A DNA stretch of 64,000 nt from Candidatus Latescibacterota bacterium (GTDB lineage Bacteria; Latescibacterota; UBA2968; GCA-2709665): contig OZ242358.1 of assembly GCA_965208835.1 (NCBI GenBank), positions 2,304,001-2,368,000 on the forward strand, read 5' to 3'. The position numbers and the translations under genes are program-made. Of this stretch, positions 57,703-64,000 are shown piece by piece. Position 1 is the first letter of the stretch. Each line of letters starts with the position of its first letter. The notes beneath the pieces were generated by a model. It saw nothing but the letters and a program-made list of their open reading frames with translations. It did no database searches and had not been told where the DNA came from.

Positions 57703-58737
57703 ATGTTGCAGGTACAGCAGCGCGAAGCGGCAATTCTGAAAATTCTCATCAGCAAGCATGTCAATACCGGAGAGCCCGTCGGGTCACGCGCCATCGCCAG
57801 GTCCGGTCTGGGTCTCAGTTCCGCCACGGTGCGCAATTCCATGGCCGACCTGGAGGAGAAGGGCCTGCTCACCCATCCACACACCTCGGCCGGCCGCGTA
57901 CCCACGGACAAAGGCTACCGCTATTACGTCGACAAAGTGATGCCGCGGCAGACAATCGAGGAGGAGGAGCGGGAAGAGATCCGAGAGCGGGTAAGGGCAT
58001 ACGTTCGTGAGGGGGATATCGAGGCCTTGCTGGAGCAGATGTCCAGATTGATCGCCGATCTCTCAATGAACCTGGGCATGGTTCTCTCGCCGAGGTTCGA
58101 GCGGGGCGTATTCGACCGACTGGAAATGGTTCATCTGTCCGAAGGCAGGCTGCTGCTGGTGCTTGCGATCAAGTCGGGGCTGGTGAAGACGATGGTGATG
58201 GAGGTGGACTCGGCCATCACGCCGGGCGAGCTGGACGAGACCTCGCGGGCGGTAAACGAACGCCTGTCCGGTCTCAGCGTTGCGGAGATCAGGGATTCGG
58301 TCGCAGAGCGGCTCAGGGAGGTTTCGAGCGGGTCTCCCAGGCTGCTGCGGGTGCTGTGCGACAGCGCGTTGAATCTCTTCCGGTTTCAGAACGGCATGGA
58401 TCTGCATTTCGGCGGGGCCGGCAATTTCATTATGCAGCCGGAATTCAACCGCAAGAAAAACGACCTGGCCGCCCTCATGGAGCTGCTCGAGGCCCGGGAA
58501 CCGATGATTACGATTCTGGACGAACGGACCGAACACGAGGGGATTTCCGTGACGATCGGCGCCGAAAACGGGCCGCCGCAACTTCAGGGCTGCAGCGTGC
58601 TTACGTCGCGGTACCGCGTCGGCGCCATTTCCGGGGTCATCGGGTTGATAGGCCCTACCCGCATCCCGTATGCGAGGCTCATTCCCCTGACCCGGTATAT
58701 GGCCACGCTGGCCGAGGAAATGCTGGATCACCAGTGA
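57703..58737 (+). CDS. hrcA: Heat-inducible transcription repressor
   Basis: GEPVGSR, SSATVRN.MADLE, PHTSAGRVPTDKGYRYYVD, IGPTR. Confidence 0.95.
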   Translation: MLQVQQREAAILKILISKHVNTGEPVGSRAIARSGLGLSSATVRNSMADLEEKGLLTHPHTSAGRVPTDKGYRYYVDKVMPRQTIEEEEREEIRERVRAYVREGDIEALLEQMSRLIADLSMNLGMVLSPRFERGVFDRLEMVHLSEGRLLLVLAIKSGLVKTMVMEVDSAITPGELDETSRAVNERLSGLSVAEIRDSVAERLREVSSGSPRLLRVLCDSALNLFRFQNGMDLHFGGAGNFIMQPEFNRKKNDLAALMELLEAREPMITILDERTEHEGISVTIGAENGPPQLQGCSVLTSRYRVGAISGVIGLIGPTRIPYARLIPLTRYMATLAEEMLDHQ

Positions 58738-58755
58738 GAGGACACGCACAAGAAA

Positions 58756-59373
58756 ATGATAGACTCTGACGAAGTCAACGGCAAGGAAACAGAGGAGGAA
58801 GCCGCCGAACCGGAGGGTAGCGGGGAAGCGGAGGCTTCCGGGGAAGAAGACGCCCCGGACCCGCTTGAGGAAGCCCTCCGGGAGTCCGAAGCGTACAAGG
58901 ACCGGTGGATGCGTCTGGCGGCCGAGTTCGACAATTACAAGAAGCGGAGGACCAGGGAGTTCGATGCCCTGGTACAATCGGCCAGCGAGAACCTGATTCG
59001 GGATCTGCTGCCCGTTCTCGACTCGGTCGCGCGTGCGCAGGAACATCGCGCCGACGGCGAGGAAGATTCAGAGGGTTTCAAAGAGGGCGTCGCGATGATC
59101 ATGGAGGCGTTTCCCAAAGTCCTCCAGCGTCGCGGTCTTTCCGAGATCGAAGCCGCAGGGCAGCCGTTCGACCCCAACCATCACGAAGCGCTGATGCAGA
59201 TGACATCCGAAGATCACGAAGAAGGGCTCGTGATGGCGGTAGTGGAACGCGGCTACCGTCTCGGCGATAAAGTGATCCGGCCCGCAAAGGTCGTTGTGAG
59301 CGGCGGAAGCGCGGGGGAGGCGTCCGAAACCGATGAAGAGGGCGAGAAAGAAAGTGAAGCGAGGCAATCCTGA
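58756..59373 (+). CDS. grpE: Nucleotide exchange factor GrpE
   Basis: AEFDNYKKR, FDPNHHEA, GY.L..KVIRPAKV. Confidence 0.95.
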   Translation: MIDSDEVNGKETEEEAAEPEGSGEAEASGEEDAPDPLEEALRESEAYKDRWMRLAAEFDNYKKRRTREFDALVQSASENLIRDLLPVLDSVARAQEHRADGEEDSEGFKEGVAMIMEAFPKVLQRRGLSEIEAAGQPFDPNHHEALMQMTSEDHEEGLVMAVVERGYRLGDKVIRPAKVVVSGGSAGEASETDEEGEKESEARQS

Positions 59374-59441
59374 GCAGGGCCGGAATTCGGCTCTGCTGTC
59401 TGTTTTGTCGTACTGTTCTGTCCCGGAAATAAGTTGCCTGA

Positions 59442-59548
59442 ATTCGGCCGCTGAGTCGCCCGGCTCGCAAGGCGCTTGAGCGCAGGCGACCTGTGCAAGG
59501 TCAGCGAGCGAGGGGAACGCAGCGAGACGGGATGATTCGGCGGCCGAA
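59442..59548. repeat. Long imperfect inverted repeat element
   Basis: ATTCGGCCGCTGAGTCGCCCGGCTCGC ... GCGAGACGGGATGATTCGCGGCCGAAT with CAAGGCG/AACGCAG core. Confidence 0.65.
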
Positions 59549-59587
59549 TGGTGAGGTATTTTTGGGACAGGACAATAGGAACGGGTA

Positions 59588-60745
59588 ATGTCCAAACGCG
59601 ATTATTATGACGTACTGGGTCTGCAGCGTGGCGCGACCGATGGCGACATCAAGAAAGCCTATCGCAAGCAGGCGATGAAATATCACCCCGACCGGAACGC
59701 GGGGGATGAACAGGCCGCGGCCAGATTCAAGGAGGCTGCGGAAGCGTACGAGGTTCTGGGCGATGCGCAGAAGCGCCAGGTTTACGACCAGTACGGGCAC
59801 GCGGGCCTGGGCGGTCCGTTCCAGGGCGGTGGATTTCAATGGTCCGACTTCACCCATGCAACCGATTTTGAAGATATCTTTTCCAACCTCGACGACGTGT
59901 TCGGCGGCGGGATTCTGGGCGATCTGTTCGGCCGCCGCGGGGGTCGGCGCGGCCCACAGCGCGGTGAAGATCTCCGCATACCGCTGCGGTTGACGCTCGA
60001 GGAAATTGCGTCCGGCGTCCAGAAGCGGATCCGCTTCGCCCGCATGGACCGTTGCGACACCTGCGCCGGAAGCGGCGCCCGGTCCGGCGCGGCCGCCAGG
60101 ACCTGCAGCGTATGCAACGGAATGGGGCAGGTGCGCCAGGCCACGAGGTCTCTGTTCGGGCAGTTCGTGAACGTAACCGTGTGCCCGCAGTGCAACGGCG
60201 AAGGGAAGGTGATCGGCGACCGCTGTTTGGAATGCGGCGGCGACGGCAGGATGAAGAAGACCGTAAGTCTGTCCGTCAATATCCCGGCGGGCGTCACCGA
60301 CGGCAACTACATACCGTTACGGGGGCAGGGCAGCGTCGGGCCCAGGGACGGGGCCGCGGGTGACTGTATGGTGCTGATCGAAGAGGCGGAGCACGAGCAT
60401 TTCGAGCGGCACGGCAACGATATCCTCTATGAGTTGCCCATCAGTTTCAGCCAGGCGGCGCTCGGCGCGGAGGTCACCGTGCCCACACTGAGCAGCAGGG
60501 CCGAGATGAAGATCCCGGCGGGGACCCAGTCCGGGCAGGTCTTTCGCCTGAAGGGCAAGGGAATTCCGGAGCTGAACGGGTATGGCACAGGAGACCAGTT
60601 GGTCCGCGTGATGGTCTGGACGCCCGCTCGTCTCAACGAAGAGGAAAAAGCGCTCTTCCGACAGCTGGCCGATTTCGAAAACGTCCAGCCTCCCGAGGGT
60701 GGAAAGGGCTTGTTCGACCGCATGAAGGAAGCGTTTGGCGCGTAG
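59588..60745 (+). CDS. dnaJ: Chaperone DnaJ
   Basis: KRDYY, HPD, four CxxCxGxG zinc motifs. Confidence 0.96.
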   Translation: MSKRDYYDVLGLQRGATDGDIKKAYRKQAMKYHPDRNAGDEQAAARFKEAAEAYEVLGDAQKRQVYDQYGHAGLGGPFQGGGFQWSDFTHATDFEDIFSNLDDVFGGGILGDLFGRRGGRRGPQRGEDLRIPLRLTLEEIASGVQKRIRFARMDRCDTCAGSGARSGAAARTCSVCNGMGQVRQATRSLFGQFVNVTVCPQCNGEGKVIGDRCLECGGDGRMKKTVSLSVNIPAGVTDGNYIPLRGQGSVGPRDGAAGDCMVLIEEAEHEHFERHGNDILYELPISFSQAALGAEVTVPTLSSRAEMKIPAGTQSGQVFRLKGKGIPELNGYGTGDQLVRVMVWTPARLNEEEKALFRQLADFENVQPPEGGKGLFDRMKEAFGA

Positions 60746-60808
60746 CGTCCGTTTCGTACCCGACGCGGAATGACGCGTCGCGTGATCGCTGTATTGCGCG
60801 TTTCATGG

Positions 60809-60928
60809 TTTCGTATTCTCGTCTTCTCGTAGTTTCGTATTCTCGTTTTTTCGTAGTTTCGTAATTTCGTATTCTCGCAGTCTCGTCTTATCGTAGTCTC
60901 GTCTTATCGTAGTTTCGTATTCTCGCAG
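60809..60928. repeat. Fifteen 8-bp tandem units, consensus THTCGYnn
   Basis: tttcgtat tctcgtct tctcgtag tttcgtat ... in strict 8-bp register. Confidence 0.85.
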
Positions 60929-60932
60929 TTTC

Positions 60933-62369
60933 TCATGTCAGCCTTGGAAAAAGGGGCTGGCTTTTTTTTATCTGCGATTTTGAGAAACTGGCCTCAATTC
61001 TGCGCGCAGTACCGGGAAGAAAGGGTCTCAGTACCCGCGAGACATCCAGAACCGCCCCGATCCAGGCCGAGAGGTGTTCCGACAGGCTCTCGGCCTTCTG
61101 ATCATTCAGAAGTTCCCATGGACGCGCCGCGTCGATATCACGGTTAATTTCGTCCACGCGCCGCCAGATGGCCCGGAGGGCGCCGGCGAAGTCGAACCTG
61201 TCCAGCGCGCCGCTCACGTCAGACGGGACATGGGTTTCACGCGTATCAGGGGGACCACAAACGGACCTCTCGCAGAGGGATTCCAGCCGGCGCACGAGGT
61301 TACCAAGCCCATTCGCCAGGTCCGAGTTGTAGAGTTCCCGCAACCGGGCTACCGATACGTCTCCGTCCTCTCCGGAGCGGACGGCGCGGAGCAGGTAGTA
61401 CCGGAGGGCGTCGGCGCCGAATCGGCGAATCAGAGGGAACGGATCGACGGCGTTGCCCTGCGATTTGCCGATCTTGCGCCCCTCCACGGTCAGGTGTCCG
61501 TGGACGTAGATGGTTCCGGGCAGCGGCAGGCCGGCCGAGAGCAGCATGGCCGGCCAGTAGATCGCGTGGAATTTGAGGATGTCTTTGCCGATGACATGGA
61601 CACAGTTGGCGCATTTCCGCCAGTAGCGTTCGAAATTGTCGACGTTTGAACCATAACCCGGCCCGGTGAGGTAATTTGTCAGGGCGTCGAACCACACGTA
61701 TATAACCTGCGATGCATCTCCCGGTACGGGTACGCCCCAGCCTCCCGATCGCTCCCGATTGCGGGAGATGCTGAAATCCTGCAGGCCCTGGCGGATGAAG
61801 CCAAGCGCCTCGTTTCGCCGGGTTTCCGGGAGAATGCGAAGCTTCCCGGATGCTATCAGGGTCTCCAGCGGCTTCTGATAGGCGGACAGGCGGAAGAAAT
61901 AGTTCGTTTCCGCGACGTTCTCGGGTACGACGCCATGTACAGGGCACCGTCCGTTTGCCAGATCCCTTTTCAAGTAGAAGTCTTCGCAGCCCACGCAATA
62001 CAGACCCCGGTATTTTCTGAGGACGATGTCCTCCTTCCGGCAGGCCAGCCAGAACCGGGAGGCGCCGCGGAAGTGGGCGTCGGACGAGGAGCGAATGAAA
62101 GCGTCATGAGAGATATCGAGGGCCCTGGCGAGGTCCCGGAAGACAGCGGCGTTCCGGTCGCAGAGCTGACCGGTGGACAACCCTTCGCTCACCGCGGCCT
62201 GCACGTTTTTGAACGCGTTCTCGTCGGTCCCCGTCAGAAAGAAGGTGTCGTTGTCCTGAAGACGGCGCCATCGGGCGATAACGTCGGCCTGCACCAGTTC
62301 CAGCGCGAAACCCACGTGTGGGCGGGCGTTGACGTAGGGAATCGAGGTCGATACGTATGAGGTTTTCAT
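60933..62369 (-). CDS. metG: Methionine-tRNA ligase, short form with variant signature motifs
   Basis: IPYVN..PHVGF, TGTDE, CVGC..CPVH, YVWFDAL.NY, GKDILKFH, KIGKSQGN. Confidence 0.9.
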   Translation of the reverse strand: MKTSYVSTSIPYVNARPHVGFALELVQADVIARWRRLQDNDTFFLTGTDENAFKNVQAAVSEGLSTGQLCDRNAAVFRDLARALDISHDAFIRSSSDAHFRGASRFWLACRKEDIVLRKYRGLYCVGCEDFYLKRDLANGRCPVHGVVPENVAETNYFFRLSAYQKPLETLIASGKLRILPETRRNEALGFIRQGLQDFSISRNRERSGGWGVPVPGDASQVIYVWFDALTNYLTGPGYGSNVDNFERYWRKCANCVHVIGKDILKFHAIYWPAMLLSAGLPLPGTIYVHGHLTVEGRKIGKSQGNAVDPFPLIRRFGADALRYYLLRAVRSGEDGDVSVARLRELYNSDLANGLGNLVRRLESLCERSVCGPPDTRETHVPSDVSGALDRFDFAGALRAIWRRVDEINRDIDAARPWELLNDQKAESLSEHLSAWIGAVLDVSRVLRPFLPGTARRIEASFSKSQIKKSQPLFPRLT

Positions 62370-62384
62370 GGCGTTTCCTTTCTG

Positions 62385-62423
62385 AAAAAAAAAACCCACC
62401 GCCGATCCGTCGGCGGTGGGTTT
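62385..62423 (-). terminator. Attenuator terminator in metG leader
   Basis: Perfect GC-rich stem CCCACCGCCGA-CGGA-TCGGCGGTGGG followed by 10 U, ending 15 nt before metG ATG. Confidence 0.85.
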
Positions 62424-62451
62424 GTCAAATACGGTAACCGTGTCGTTCAGT

Positions 62452-62610
62452 TCAAGTCAAGGGATGCTCCGCCGCAGGATTCTCGAAAGGGAAGGAGGAC
62501 ATCATGCACATCGGGATCGCGGCGACATGAGTCGACGCCGTGCTATGCCTTACGACTGAGGACCGCCCTGATACGCGCGACCTGAAAGCTGACAATTGAA
62601 CGGATTTCAT
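62452..62610 (-). CDS. Putative metG leader peptide (52 aa) with Met-Cys-Met-Met control codons
   Basis: AAGGGG RBS; MKSVQLSAFRSRVSGRSSVVRHSTASTHVAAIPMCMMSSFPFENPAAEHPLT*. Confidence 0.7.
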   Translation of the reverse strand: MKSVQLSAFRSRVSGRSSVVRHSTASTHVAAIPMCMMSSFPFENPAAEHPLT

Positions 62611-62638
62611 TTACAGCACCCCTTATTGTGTGGGCTTA

Positions 62639-62667
62639 AAGATAGATGGTCGGCCATGAATTGTCAA
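62639..62667 (-). promoter_or_regulatory. sigma70 promoter of leader-metG transcript
   Basis: TTGACA-N17-TATCTT. Confidence 0.75.
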
Positions 62668-62818
62668 GCGCGGAATTCTTAACTTGCCCTTGTCCTTTTC
62701 GCGTGATGGGCTTACATTGTCGAAGACGGGAGAACCGGCGACCGGCCCGGCGGTCGCCAGGGTACAAGCCTTACCGGGCGCAGTCTTATTTTGGCGAACT
62801 ATCGATAGGGATTCGGCT

Positions 62819-63868
62819 TTGCTTTTCTGGCTGGGAGAACGCTTCGCGGACGTTTACGGTCCCCTTCGGTTGTTGACGTCCTATCTGTTTCTGGCAGTCC
62901 TCGGCACGGCGATGGCAGGGTTCTTCACCTGGCGTCTGCTTCCCCGGTTGTGGAAGCGCCTGCCCAGAGACCGGGGCCGGGCGTATGCCGTGGAGAACGA
63001 ACAGAGCCACGGTAAACCGGTCGGTGCGGGCATTATCTTCATACCGATCTACGTCGCCGTGTGCATCCTGGTCCTACCGCCGGGCTCCCGGTACTGGCAG
63101 ATCCTCGGGTGCATACTGCTTGCGATGGTGGCCGGTTTTCTGGACGATCGAAGTCCCGGAGGATGGGGCGAATATCGCGTGGGCGGCATCGACCTGGGCA
63201 TCTCGTTACTGGGTGCGATGGTCATCTGCCAGTTGGAACCGGTCCAACTCTGGCTGCCGCTGATGAAGACGCCGGTATCGGTTCCGCCGTGGATTTTCGT
63301 GCCCGGCGCCGCGCTGTTGATCTGGGTCTCGATCAACGCCACCAACTGTACCGACGGCGTGGACGGGCTGTCGGGAAGCCTGAGCGTGATGGCGTTCGTC
63401 TACCTGGCCACAATTCTGTACGGGATTGTGGGACACCGGGATATCGCCAGGTACCTGCTCGTGCCGCATTACCCGGATGGCGCGGTCTGGGCGCTGTTCG
63501 CGTTCATTATGGCCGGGTGTCTGGCCGGTTACCTCTGGTATAATGCGTATCCCAGCTCCGTTCTCATGGGAGACGCGGGCTCCCGCCCGATGGGCTTCCT
63601 GCTCGGGATATTGGTTCTGGCGTGCGGCAATCCGTTTCTGATCGTCGTCGTCGCCGGCGTGGTTCTGGTGAACGGCGCCACCGGGCTCCTGAAAGTCGCG
63701 TTTCTGCGGTTTTTGAAAATCGGGATATTCAGGACGGTCCGTTATCCGCTGCACGATCACTTCCGGCACAAGAACGGCTGGTCGAATACCCACGTGCTCG
63801 TGCGGTTCATCCTGCTTCAGGCGTTCGTAACGCCAATCCTGCTGGTGCTGCTGGTCAAGATCCGATGA
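62819..63868 (+). CDS. mraY: MraY-like phospho-MurNAc-pentapeptide transferase (divergent type)
   Basis: GFLDD, NATNCTDGVDGL, YLWYN..P..VLMGDAGS, PLHDH; TTG start inferred. Confidence 0.8.
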   Translation: MLFWLGERFADVYGPLRLLTSYLFLAVLGTAMAGFFTWRLLPRLWKRLPRDRGRAYAVENEQSHGKPVGAGIIFIPIYVAVCILVLPPGSRYWQILGCILLAMVAGFLDDRSPGGWGEYRVGGIDLGISLLGAMVICQLEPVQLWLPLMKTPVSVPPWIFVPGAALLIWVSINATNCTDGVDGLSGSLSVMAFVYLATILYGIVGHRDIARYLLVPHYPDGAVWALFAFIMAGCLAGYLWYNAYPSSVLMGDAGSRPMGFLLGILVLACGNPFLIVVVAGVVLVNGATGLLKVAFLRFLKIGIFRTVRYPLHDHFRHKNGWSNTHVLVRFILLQAFVTPILLVLLVKIR

Positions 63869-63888
63869 ATGGCACGTGAGAGGAGCGC

Positions 63889-64000
63889 ATGGACGAAAAA
63901 GAGACATTGAAGCGAGAGATCTGCGAGGCCATCGACCGCCGCAGGGGGCAGATCGAGCGGATCGGGGACCACATCATGGCCCATCCCGAGACCGGTTTCA
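63889..64000 (+). CDS. 5' end of M20 amidohydrolase (partial)
   Basis: GAGGAG RBS; MDEKETLKREICEAIDRRRGQIERIGDHIMAHPETGF. Confidence 0.65.
   Translation, partial: MDEKETLKREICEAIDRRRGQIERIGDHIMAHPETGF

Noticed and set aside
60809-60928. Possible CRISPR array
   Set aside because: 8-bp units without spacers and no cas genes
62370-62640. T-box or SAM riboswitch as the metG regulator
   Set aside because: No GGTGGnACC T-box motif or SAM-I core seen; the Met-codon leader ORF explains the terminator better (Rfam scan not run)

Overview
64 kb of high-GC bacterial chromosome with about 55 genes and no rRNA, tRNA, CRISPR array or intact transposase seen. Housekeeping genes (dapL, nadB, guaA, glnA, hrcA-grpE-dnaJ, metG, mraY-like) are mixed with many catabolic genes (3 PhyH dioxygenases, 3 Gfo/Idh/MocA oxidoreductases, sulfatase, heparinase-like lyase, deacetylases). 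That mix, plus an Omp85/large outer-membrane-protein locus, suggests an FCB-superphylum diderm, possibly a sponge symbiont (inference only). The most striking signal is not in the ORF track: metG is preceded by a sigma70 promoter, a 52-aa leader peptide with a Met-Cys-Met-Met cluster, mutually exclusive hairpins and a strong intrinsic terminator. This looks like a methionine-sensing, ribosome-mediated attenuator on a MetRS with deviant HIGH/KMSKS motifs. Other notable items: an RqlH/RqlI-like RecQ-PRTase + DprA pair, a PhyH enzyme with an HxG (halogenase-like) iron site, a MaoC/CitE/CoA-transferase triad resembling itaconate catabolism, a 4-copy MITE family sitting at stop codons, several other repeat families, and two gene remnants. 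All family calls come from motif recognition by eye; no database search was run.
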